A DNA stretch of 64,000 nucleotides from an uncultured Chryseobacterium sp. (lineage in GTDB: Bacteria > Bacteroidota > Bacteroidia > Flavobacteriales_F > PHOS-HE28), in NCBI GenBank assembly GCA_964394425.1, contig CAYMXP010000005.1, positions 24,034 through 88,033 of the forward strand, written 5' to 3'. The position numbers and the translations under genes were made by a program. The notes below the pieces were generated by a model that searched no databases, was not told the DNA's origin, and saw only the letters and a list, made by a program, of their open reading frames with translations. Positions 9,558 to 18,811 of this stretch are shown here, piece by piece. Within the stretch, counting starts at the first letter, position 1, and every line of letters begins with the position of its first letter.

Positions 9558-11402
9558 TCAGGGCAGATCCCTCGCGAAGCTCGTCACCTGGACGCTGTCC
9601 ACCAGCACGCGCGCGCCACCCATGTGCCACGCGTAGATCTTGAAGCGGTCGCTCCTGCTGCGCGGTTCGGGCGTGAGGTAGTCGAAGGTCACCCGCTTCC
9701 ACTGGCCCGCCACCAGATCCTCGTTCTTCAGCTCGAAGGCCTGATAGGCATAGCTGCCTCCATGATCGAAATGGGCCACGAACACCGTGCTCACCTGCGA
9801 TCGATCCTCATCGCAGAACACATCCGCTTCGATCCTCAGCCAGGCGTGGTCATCGGGAACGGCATCGGCGAAGGACGCCTCGATCGCCGGGGTGTAGGGA
9901 TGTTCGCCATCCAGCGGCCAGGCCCTGCGACCATCGGGCGCATCGACCACCGCGTCTCCTTCCTCCAGCACCCATTGTGTGTGGCGGGCATGGCCGGTGA
10001 GGTCCGCATGGACCACCTGGTCCGTCGGCCGCTTGAAGAGCAGGAGCTTTTCTTTCGCCGGGTCGGGGCGCAGGTCGAAGAAGGCCGCCGCGTAGTAGGC
10101 CGGCGTAACGCGCACCGGATCGAAGACCTTGAGGCGGTATTGGATCGACTGGTGCAGGTTCAACACGGTGAACAGGCCGATCAGCGTCACCGCCCATCGC
10201 CGGCGCATGCGCGGCCATGTGGAGATCCATGCGATGAGCGCCGCCAATGCGATGGCCATGACCGGATACGCCTGGACCATGGCGCGTTGCCCGAACCCAC
10301 CGGGGTAGTACCACACGGTCCATGACGATACCACCCATAGATCGACGAGGAAGAACACGAGCAATGCGATCGCGATGCCGCGGGATCTCTTGAGCAAGGG
10401 GACAAAGCCCGCCACTGCGAGCAGCATCATTGGCGTATAGAGGAACCAGCCTTTGCGAAAGCTGAACAGGAAATTCAACGTATGCGGTGCGAGCAGGTCG
10501 AGCCCCTCGGCCGGGTTCTGGTAGCTGTCGTAGATCCACGAGCCGGCATGCACCTTCCAGTACAGCGGCAGTGGGAGGAACACGATCGCCCCCGCCAGCA
10601 TCGCGAGGGCCACCTGGCCCCGGTGCGACTTCCACAGCCGCCGCAGTTTCGCCCCGGACCCGACGGCGCCTTGCAGCGGCCAGAGGATCGGGATCAGCAC
10701 GGCCAGCGCATCGGTCGGGCGCACCAGCGCGATCAAGCCCAGCACCGCGCCCAATGCGATCGATCGGCCGGTGCCCGGCGCATCATGCCAGCGCATGGTG
10801 GTCCGGAGCAGCAGCGCGAAGAGCATGAACGAATAGCCGTGCGTGAGCAGGCAGGAAACCTCGAACTGCACCAGCAGGTTGGTGCCCAGCAGGAGGATCA
10901 CAAGCGTGAAGAATGCCACGCGCGGTCCGAACAATTCCTCCAGCACGCGCAGCAGCACCCACAGCCCGATGGCGAGGTAGAGGAGATAGAGGATGGAGGC
11001 GCCGTACTGGTACGGTCTCGACAGGCCGTCCGCGGGAAAGCCCAACGGTTCCGCCACCAGGTCGGCGATCAGGAAGGCCGGCAGGTCCAGCAGCGCCACC
11101 CCGGGCGCATAGCGGATCACCATGTCGCCCGTGGGCGCCTTGTGGGCCTGGTAGAAGGTGGATGAGGGGTCGTAGGTGGCGAACATCTCCTGCACCACCG
11201 TGGGATCGCGCATGCCCAGGTCGTGGTGGATGATGGCCAGCGGCAGATACAGGTGATATCCGAAGGCGTCCCAGGTGATCGGGTTGTTCCAGGCGCGCAT
11301 GGGCACCCGGGCGGCCATGTGGAGGATGAAGAGCGCGATGACCGCGCGACCGAACCAGGGGAACGGCCGTTTATCACCCCTTGCTATCTGTTCGGCGGGC
11401 AT
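9558..11402 (-). CDS. polytopic membrane protein, putative GT-C-type glycosyltransferase with C-terminal soluble domain (paralog family i)
   Basis: Closest paralog of 196-2085. Shared motifs: WDAFGYHLYLPLAIIHHD, SRPYQ, YDSYQNPAEGLD, FSFRKGWFLYTPMM, DHAWLRIEADVF and YLTPEPRSRSDRFKIYAWHMGGARVLVDSVQVTSF. Start is the ATG at 11402 (MPAEQ...); the track start at 11417 is a TTG. Confidence 0.7.
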   Translation of the reverse strand: MPAEQIARGDKRPFPWFGRAVIALFILHMAARVPMRAWNNPITWDAFGYHLYLPLAIIHHDLGMRDPTVVQEMFATYDPSSTFYQAHKAPTGDMVIRYAPGVALLDLPAFLIADLVAEPLGFPADGLSRPYQYGASILYLLYLAIGLWVLLRVLEELFGPRVAFFTLVILLLGTNLLVQFEVSCLLTHGYSFMLFALLLRTTMRWHDAPGTGRSIALGAVLGLIALVRPTDALAVLIPILWPLQGAVGSGAKLRRLWKSHRGQVALAMLAGAIVFLPLPLYWKVHAGSWIYDSYQNPAEGLDLLAPHTLNFLFSFRKGWFLYTPMMLLAVAGFVPLLKRSRGIAIALLVFFLVDLWVVSSWTVWYYPGGFGQRAMVQAYPVMAIALAALIAWISTWPRMRRRWAVTLIGLFTVLNLHQSIQYRLKVFDPVRVTPAYYAAAFFDLRPDPAKEKLLLFKRPTDQVVHADLTGHARHTQWVLEEGDAVVDAPDGRRAWPLDGEHPYTPAIEASFADAVPDDHAWLRIEADVFCDEDRSQVSTVFVAHFDHGGSYAYQAFELKNEDLVAGQWKRVTFDYLTPEPRSRSDRFKIYAWHMGGARVLVDSVQVTSFARDLP

Positions 11403-11413
11403 TCGTGAAATGA

Positions 11414-12739
11414 TCAACAGCCAACATCACCAAAGAAAGCCCGCAACAGATTGCGACCATACGGGCACCAATCCCACGGATCCTCAGTGAAATAACCGAT
11501 GTCGCTCTGGAGCATCGCTCTGTAATTGATGAAACAAATGATGATCAGCAATGGAACGGCACCATGAAAGAGGCCCGGCGACCGTTCATGCGTGAACGCG
11601 AGCAACGCCCACAAGGACAGGGCAAGGAACGGCACGTACTGTACCATGGGTCGCATTCCGTAGCCCAGTCCGAAATGCCAGGCATGCCATGAAGCACAGG
11701 CATAGAGCGCGAGTAGAATGCAGACAGCGATCAAAATGGCCATCCCGCGATCACGGAGCCACAACACCACGAGCGCGAATGGCAGCAGAGCGAACACCGG
11801 CGCATTGGGCAGGAGCCCGTTCATCGGTGCGGCGATCACTTTGCCCAGATGCGGAGAGGCCCAGTTGGTGAATCCTTCGCCGGTGTACGACCAGACGATC
11901 CAGTGATCATGCACATGATGCCAGTAAAGCAGTTGCGGTATGGCGATAACGATGCACGCGGCGACCTGCTTCGCCATCAGTCCGGCACGCAAGCCATTCC
12001 TCCCGTGGAAAACGCTCACAAGACCATATAGCGTGCAGACCGCCAGCAGGTCAATGGGGCGCATAAGAACGATAAGCGCATTGGAGACCACGAATACCAA
12101 TTGCCAGCGGCGTGTCCAAGTACCGCGCATTATCGCATACAATGACAAGGACACGAGGAAGAAGGAATACACGTGTGAGTAGCCTGGCATCCGAAAGGCG
12201 TAGAAGAACAAATTGGTCCCAAACGATGCACAAGCGAACACCAGCAAGGCCAGCAATGGAGCGGCTGGACGCCAGCGGAAGAAACACAGCATGAGCAACA
12301 CGGATCCCGCCAACCAATAGAAGATCCCAGCGAGGTTGATCGCGTTGTGATGGGTGCGCGTCAGCCCGTTGGTCCGCCCAATTCCCACGATGGTATCTGC
12401 TACGAGATAGAACGGCAGCTGGAGCAACGCCGTGCCGCAGGTGTATTTCGTCACGATGCGGTCGCGGTCGCGATCAAGCCCAAAGCCGAGCCCGGCGATC
12501 CTCAGGTCCGCGCTGTCGATCGTATTTGCCTTGAACCCGTAATGGAACAGACCGGGCAGGTAGATGTAATAGCCGGCCGCGTCTGCCCGAATGTGGCTGT
12601 GGTAGTCGTCCAAGGGCACCTTGTAAGCTCGTTCGATGGCGGACCAGCTGAAGAACGCGAAGAGGGCCATCGCGCTCAGTGCGATCGCGATGGCCCTCCT
12701 GCGTGGGATACAGCGCGCGTATCCTTCCTGAACGGGCAT
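11414..12739 (-). CDS. polytopic membrane protein, putative GT-C-type glycosyltransferase (divergent member of family i, low-GC)
   Basis: 441-aa hydrophobic ORF with an ATG at 12739. ADAAGYYIYLPGLF follows TM1. It has no C-terminal soluble domain. GC content is visibly lower than in the neighbouring genes. Confidence 0.65.
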   Translation of the reverse strand: MPVQEGYARCIPRRRAIAIALSAMALFAFFSWSAIERAYKVPLDDYHSHIRADAAGYYIYLPGLFHYGFKANTIDSADLRIAGLGFGLDRDRDRIVTKYTCGTALLQLPFYLVADTIVGIGRTNGLTRTHHNAINLAGIFYWLAGSVLLMLCFFRWRPAAPLLALLVFACASFGTNLFFYAFRMPGYSHVYSFFLVSLSLYAIMRGTWTRRWQLVFVVSNALIVLMRPIDLLAVCTLYGLVSVFHGRNGLRAGLMAKQVAACIVIAIPQLLYWHHVHDHWIVWSYTGEGFTNWASPHLGKVIAAPMNGLLPNAPVFALLPFALVVLWLRDRGMAILIAVCILLALYACASWHAWHFGLGYGMRPMVQYVPFLALSLWALLAFTHERSPGLFHGAVPLLIIICFINYRAMLQSDIGYFTEDPWDWCPYGRNLLRAFFGDVGC

Positions 12740-12747
12740 TGGGATCC

Positions 12748-13404
12748 TTATAGGCTCATTTCCGGCACCTCCCCCTTCACCACCAGTCTTCCTTCCGTCT
12801 TCGCCTTGATCTCATCGACCGTCACGCCCGGCGCCCGTTCGATCAGTTGAAAACCATCCGGCGTGATGTCGAACACCCCAAGGTCCGTCACCACCTTCTT
12901 CACGCAGCGCACGCCGGTGAGCGGGAGCGTGCATTGCTTCAGGAGCTTGCTTTCGCCCGCCTTGTTGGTGTGCATCATCACCACGATGATGTTCTCGGCG
13001 CTGGCCACCAGGTCCATGGCGCCGCCCATGCCCTTCACCATCCTGCCGGGGATCTTCCAGTTGGCGATGTCGCCGTTGTCGGCCACTTCCATGGCGCCCA
13101 GCACGGTGAGCTGCACCTTCTGGCTGCGGATCATGGCGAAGCTGGTGCTGCTGTCGAAGATGCTGGAACCGGGAAGCAGCGTCACCGTCTGTTTTCCCGC
13201 GTTGATCAGGTCCGCATCCTCTTCACCCTCGTAGGGGAAGGGCCCCATGCCCAGGATCCCGTTCTCGCTCTGCAACGTGACGTTGATGCCTCCGGGGATG
13301 TAATTGGCCACCAGCGTGGGGATGCCGATGCCCAGGTTGACATAGTAGCCGTCCTTGAGCTCGCGCGCGATGCGGCGGGCCATCTGGTCTTTGTTCAGGG
13401 GCAT
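12748..13404 (-). CDS. scoB: 3-oxoacid CoA-transferase subunit B
   Basis: Reads MPLNKDQMARRIARELKDGYYVNLGIGIPTLVANYIP...SENGILGMGP...GAMDLV, typical of the CoA-transferase B subunit. Start is the ATG at 13404, inside track ORF 12748-13449. Confidence 0.9.
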   Translation of the reverse strand: MPLNKDQMARRIARELKDGYYVNLGIGIPTLVANYIPGGINVTLQSENGILGMGPFPYEGEEDADLINAGKQTVTLLPGSSIFDSSTSFAMIRSQKVQLTVLGAMEVADNGDIANWKIPGRMVKGMGGAMDLVASAENIIVVMMHTNKAGESKLLKQCTLPLTGVRCVKKVVTDLGVFDITPDGFQLIERAPGVTVDEIKAKTEGRLVVKGEVPEMSL

Positions 13405-13449
13405 GGTCTGAAGTGTGGTCGGCAAGGTATCGCCATGTGGCGGATCCAC

Positions 13450-15273
13450 TCACCGGCCGGCGGATCGATACAGCGTCACATGCGCCTCATGCACCTCGTA
13501 TTCCTCCTGCCGAACGTTCCATAAGTACACCACGCGACGGTGGGCCCGTGCGTTGGCCGCCGGGATCCGCCGCAGCACGTGCAGCGTATCGCGTTGCCAT
13601 CTGCGTCGCACATCGTCCAGGTCATTGGTCTCGAACTGCAGGTGGTTGTCCAGGCTGTCGCTGGCATCCACCACCAGCACCAGCCGCGACGGATCGCCGG
13701 ACGAGCTGATCACCGCTTCGACCTCGACGAACACGTCGCCCTCATGCGTGGGCGGCTCAAAGCTTTCCCAAAGGGTCATGTACAGACCGGTGGCCGGACC
13801 CCGGGACAGCGTGGTATCGGAGGTGCGTTCCAGTCGGAGCGGTTCGCGACGTTCCAGAAGCAGCAGGCGCCCGTGCGGCGCGGCGTAGAGCGTGCGGAAG
13901 CCTTCCGGCCGGTCGAAGAAAGTCGGGTCGATGAGCATCAGGTCGCCGTTCGGTTGCGGGAAGCCGATGTGGTCCAACCCGTTCAGGTCGCGGCCGCGGA
14001 TGTAGTTGCCGTAACTCCAGGGTCCCGCGTTCTGGTGGTACCCGCCGATCACCAGCGGGCGCGGCGCATGGCGTTGCTTTTCGGCCACGATCCCGAAGAC
14101 CTCATCGGGGATGGATTGCTCCGCCCAATACGTGGTGTGGTCCAGGTTGGCGGTCGCCGCCGTGCGCAACGGGAACCAGAAGAAGAGCAGGCCGACCCAG
14201 CGCAGCGACCTGCGCTGCTCCGCGGCACGGTCGATCCATGCAGCACAGGCGATCAGGAACAGCGGCACCAGATGCATGGCCGTGCGATCGACCGGATACA
14301 GCATGCCGAAGCCCTCCCCCAGCACCAGCCGGCCGCACGCTTCGCCGAGCAGCAGGAGGGAACAGACGGCCAGAAGCGTGTCCGATCCATTGAACCTGCG
14401 TTGGGCGAGCACGTGGAGCGCCGGCCAGAAAAGCGCCACGGCGACGACGCCGATGCCCATCACCAGCCATCGTGACCAGAGGCCGGCCACGTTCCAGAGG
14501 AGCGAGACCGCGGTGCCGTCCACGAGACCCTGCGTACTTCCATAATAGAGCGCCCCGCGTTCGGCCAGCTCCACGCCGCACCAGGCCAGGAACGCCGTTG
14601 GCAGCACGCCCACCAGGATCCACACGATCCAGCTCCGCGCGCCGCGCGCACGCATGGGAATGAACAGCGCCGTGAGGCCCACCATGAGCAGCGACTGCAA
14701 TAGCAGGGTGAGCGACGCGGTGGTGGCGAGCGCGGTGGCGGCGAGCGCCAGGACCATCTGCTTGCGCCCGCCCTCGCGCAGGAAGCGCACCAGGTGATGC
14801 AGCGCCATGACCTGGAAGGCGATCGAGAGCCCGTACCCGCGGAACAACGAGAAGAACTCGATCACGAAAGGCGTGAAGAGCAGCGCCGGCAACAGTCCGC
14901 CGCGCACGAGCCGGTCGGTGATGGCCGAGGCGAGTCGAACAGCATACCACGCGTACAGCGCGAAGGCCAGCACGTTGAAGAGCCGCATGGAGAATTCCCC
15001 GGGGCCGAACAGCGCTTGGCTGATCTGCGCCAGCGCGGTGGCCAGCAGGTGGTTGCCGGCGTCCCAGTGCGCCTGGAAGGGAAGGAACTCCCCCGTGAGC
15101 ACATAGGTCTGGAAGGTGCGGGCTTCATCGTGGATGAAGGGGACGAGCGCCGCTCGAAGAACCACATACACCAGTCCGATCAGGGCGCACGCAGCAATGG
15201 CCCGACGGTCGCCAATGGGGAAATGTGAAAATGTGAAAATGTGCGCGCGTGCCGGGGAGGTCGGCTCCTTCAT
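13450..15273 (-). CDS. ArnT/PMT-like (GT39/GT83-type) membrane glycosyltransferase with C-terminal soluble domain (paralog family ii)
   Basis: Motifs FIHDEARTFQTYV...AGNHLLATALAQISQALFGPGEFSMRLFN and FFSLFRGYGL are shared with 7624-9546. The C-terminus ends VVYLWNVRQEEYEVHEAHVTLY. The ATG at 15273 forms an ATGA overlap with the stop of the four-helix-bundle gene. Codons 10-18 (HIFTFSHFP) are encoded by the left AT-rich repeat. Confidence 0.65.
   Translation of the reverse strand: MKEPTSPARAHIFTFSHFPIGDRRAIAACALIGLVYVVLRAALVPFIHDEARTFQTYVLTGEFLPFQAHWDAGNHLLATALAQISQALFGPGEFSMRLFNVLAFALYAWYAVRLASAITDRLVRGGLLPALLFTPFVIEFFSLFRGYGLSIAFQVMALHHLVRFLREGGRKQMVLALAATALATTASLTLLLQSLLMVGLTALFIPMRARGARSWIVWILVGVLPTAFLAWCGVELAERGALYYGSTQGLVDGTAVSLLWNVAGLWSRWLVMGIGVVAVALFWPALHVLAQRRFNGSDTLLAVCSLLLLGEACGRLVLGEGFGMLYPVDRTAMHLVPLFLIACAAWIDRAAEQRRSLRWVGLLFFWFPLRTAATANLDHTTYWAEQSIPDEVFGIVAEKQRHAPRPLVIGGYHQNAGPWSYGNYIRGRDLNGLDHIGFPQPNGDLMLIDPTFFDRPEGFRTLYAAPHGRLLLLERREPLRLERTSDTTLSRGPATGLYMTLWESFEPPTHEGDVFVEVEAVISSSGDPSRLVLVVDASDSLDNHLQFETNDLDDVRRRWQRDTLHVLRRIPAANARAHRRVVYLWNVRQEEYEVHEAHVTLYRSAGR
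15221..15243. repeat. left arm of the octamer-periodic inverted repeat flanking the four-helix-bundle gene
   Basis: AAATGTGA AAATGTGA AAATGTG: three tandem 8-mers, AT-rich within a ~68% GC context. It is complementary to 15708-15738. Confidence 0.75.
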
Positions 15274-15683
15274 GTGCGGTTCGCGCGAGCGGTTATCAGG
15301 ATCTTGGAGAGGATGTTCCGGATGTCCTGAAGCTCTTCCAACAGGCCTTCCTCGTATGGTAGTTCCTCTGAGTATTTGCACAGCTTCAACCAGTAGTGCG
15401 TTCCACTGGCCTCCTTGGCCCCGATCTTCATCTTGTGGATGAAGTCGTCCCGGCTCTCTGGTTCCTGAGCTTCGTGGATCTGAGCGCCGATCGACGTTCC
15501 GCTCCTGAACAATTGACGTGAAGCATCCCACCATCCGCCATCGCGCAGCTTCTTGCAGAACCCGATGATCCGTAAAGCGAATTCGAAGTTCCGATCAACG
15601 ATCACGTTGCCGGTAACCCGCTCATCTCCGTATGCCGCCCTTCCTTCCTGCATCATCCAAGGCGTGTACTGGTCCATGTTCAT
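15270..15683 (-). CDS. four-helix-bundle protein (23S rRNA intervening-sequence protein / Avd-like family)
   Basis: Reads ...FEFALRIIGFCKKLRDGGWWDASRQLFRSGTSIGAQIHEAQEPESRDDFIHKMKIGAKEASGTHYWLKLC..., the typical pattern of this family. The gene has low GC. I prefer the ATG at 15683 (MNMDQ...); the track start at 15710 is a GTG inside the right repeat. Confidence 0.8.
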   Translation of the reverse strand: MNMDQYTPWMMQEGRAAYGDERVTGNVIVDRNFEFALRIIGFCKKLRDGGWWDASRQLFRSGTSIGAQIHEAQEPESRDDFIHKMKIGAKEASGTHYWLKLCKYSEELPYEEGLLEELQDIRNILSKILITARANRT

Positions 15684-15707
15684 GCGTGGATCAAGTCCGT
15701 TCAGGTC

Positions 15708-15738
15708 CACATTTTCTCATTTCCTCATTTTCACATTC
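15708..15738. repeat. right arm of the octamer-periodic inverted repeat flanking the four-helix-bundle gene
   Basis: CACATTTT CTCATTTC CTCATTTT CACATTC. Its reverse complement, GAATGTGA AAATGAGG AAATGAGA AAATGTG, matches the left arm at both ends with one extra octamer. It overlaps the scoA stop codon (15731-15733). Confidence 0.75.
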
Positions 15739-16429
15739 GTTCCCTTACCGTGCGCTGCTCGATCCGCTTCTCGTAGTTCGCCCCCTGGAAGATCCGATGC
15801 ACGAAGATCCCCGGCGTGTGGATGTGGTCGGGGTCCAGTTCACCGGGCTTCACCAGTTCCTCCACCTCGGCGATCGTGATCTTTCCCGCCATGGCCATCA
15901 TGGGGTTGAAGTTGCGCGCGGTGTGGCGGTAGACCAGGTTGCCCATCGGATCGCCCTTCCAGGCTTTCACGAGGCTGAAGTCGGCGCGGAGCCATTGCTC
16001 CATCACGTAGTGCTTGCCGTGGAACGCGCGCGTCTCCTTCCCCGCGGCGACCTCCGTTCCGTATCCGGCGGGCGTGAAGAAGGCCGGGATGCCCGCCCCG
16101 CCCGCGCGGCAGCGCTCGGCCAGCGTGCCCTGTGGCACCAGGTCCACCTCCAGCTCGCCGCTGAGCAGCTGCCGTTCGAACTCCTCGTTCTCCCCCACGT
16201 AGCTGCTGATCATCTTGCGGATCAGTTTCTTCTGCAGCAGCAGTCCGAGGCCGAAATCGTCCACGCCCGCGTTGTTGCTGATGCAGGTGAGTTCCTTCAC
16301 GCCCTTGCGCACCAGCGCGGCAATGGAATTTTCCGGGATGCCGCAGAGCCCGAAACCGCCGACCATCAATGTCATGCCGTCGCCGATGCCTTCGATCGCC
16401 GCGTCGGCGTTGGGGACCACCTTGTTCAT
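15731..16429 (-). CDS. scoA: 3-oxoacid CoA-transferase subunit A
   Basis: Reads [40 protein letters not shown]...ISNNAG...[30 protein letters not shown], a canonical A subunit. Confidence 0.9.
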   Translation of the reverse strand: MNKVVPNADAAIEGIGDGMTLMVGGFGLCGIPENSIAALVRKGVKELTCISNNAGVDDFGLGLLLQKKLIRKMISSYVGENEEFERQLLSGELEVDLVPQGTLAERCRAGGAGIPAFFTPAGYGTEVAAGKETRAFHGKHYVMEQWLRADFSLVKAWKGDPMGNLVYRHTARNFNPMMAMAGKITIAEVEELVKPGELDPDHIHTPGIFVHRIFQGANYEKRIEQRTVRERM

Positions 16430-16484
16430 GGAGCAAATGTGCCGAACGATCGGCTAAGGAGGAACACGAACCTACCTTGGGCCC

Positions 16485-16727
16485 ATGGCCGATGAAAAGC
16501 CCGATGGCCCCGACCTGAAGGATCTGGGCAGGGGCTACGCGAAGTATCTGCGATACAGCGGCCTGGGCATCCAGATCGTCGTTTACGTCGTGGGGGGGAT
16601 CCTGCTCGGTCGATGGTTGGACGGTCTGATCGGCTGGGACTTCCCCGTGCTCACGCTCGTTTTCCTCTTCCTGGGCATGGTCAGCACGTTCTGGGTCCTG
16701 TTCAAGGAGGTGCGCCGGCAGCGATAA
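16485..16727 (+). CDS. AtpZ/AtpI-family small membrane protein
   Basis: 80 aa with two TM helices (GLGIQIVVYVVGGILLGRWLD, VLTLVFLFLGMVSTFWVLF). It lies immediately upstream of atpB, as in other Bacteroidota atp operons. Confidence 0.75.
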   Translation: MADEKPDGPDLKDLGRGYAKYLRYSGLGIQIVVYVVGGILLGRWLDGLIGWDFPVLTLVFLFLGMVSTFWVLFKEVRRQR

Positions 16728-16808
16728 GTACCCATCGCCGCCACGCCCCCGGCCGATCCATGGCGCCGCGCTTCGGGTGCGCCCTATTGTCCTTGATCAG
16801 CCGGTCAT

Positions 16809-18253
<1,445 letters not shown>

Positions 18254-18310
18254 GCGATCGTGCGCGGCCGCGCACGACCGACCAACGACAACCGCCAACC
18301 GACAACCACC

Positions 18311-18811
18311 ATGGAACTCGTCACCCCCGCCATCGGCCTCCTGTTCTGGATGTGCCTGTCCTTCGGCATCGTGGTCTTCCTGCTGAGGAAGTACGCCTGG
18401 AAGCCGATCCTCAACGCCGTGCGGTCGCGCGAAGCCTCGATCAGCGATGCGTTGAACGAAGCGAAGAAGATGCGCGAAGAGATCGCGAAGATGACCGCCG
18501 GCAACGAGGAGCTCATGGCCCAGGCACGCGAAGAGCGCGAGGTGCTGCTGAAGGAGGCGCGCGACATCCGCGACAGGGAGATCGCCGAGGCCAAGGGGCG
18601 GGCCAAGACCGAGGCCGATGCCCTGCTGGCCCGCGCCCGCGAGGATATCCGCAACGAGAAGCTGCGCGCCATCGGCGAGTTGAAGACCGAGGTGGCCGAG
18701 CTGAGCGTGAAGGTGGCCGAGACCATCCTGCGCGACAAGCTCAGCGAGAACGTGGCACAACAGGCCCTGGTGGACAAGGTGATGAAGGACGCCGAACTGC
18801 GCAGGTCATGA
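18311..18811 (+). CDS. atpF: F0F1 ATP synthase subunit b
   Basis: ATG at 18311 (MELVTPAIGLLFWMCLSFGIVVFLLRKYAWKPI). The single N-terminal TM is followed by a long charged helix. Confidence 0.85.
   Translation: MELVTPAIGLLFWMCLSFGIVVFLLRKYAWKPILNAVRSREASISDALNEAKKMREEIAKMTAGNEELMAQAREEREVLLKEARDIRDREIAEAKGRAKTEADALLARAREDIRNEKLRAIGELKTEVAELSVKVAETILRDKLSENVAQQALVDKVMKDAELRRS

Noticed and set aside
7624-9702. Full-length 692-aa version of the ArnT/PMT-like ORF.
   Set aside because: The first 52 codons would overlap the upstream gene (stop at 9558) by 145 nt and encode an Arg/Gly-rich non-membrane leader. The GTG at 9546 gives an 11-nt spacing and a short cytoplasmic tail before TM1. The start remains uncertain.
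15270-15683. The Avd-like four-helix-bundle protein as part of a diversity-generating retroelement.
   Set aside because: No reverse transcriptase gene and no template/variable repeat pair are visible anywhere in the window. The flanking repeats are short octamer arrays, not TR/VR.
15221-15738. Octamer tandem repeats (also 5323-5428) as a CRISPR array.
   Set aside because: The repeat units are only 8 nt with no spacers, there are 3-4 copies per arm in inverted orientation, and there are no cas genes.
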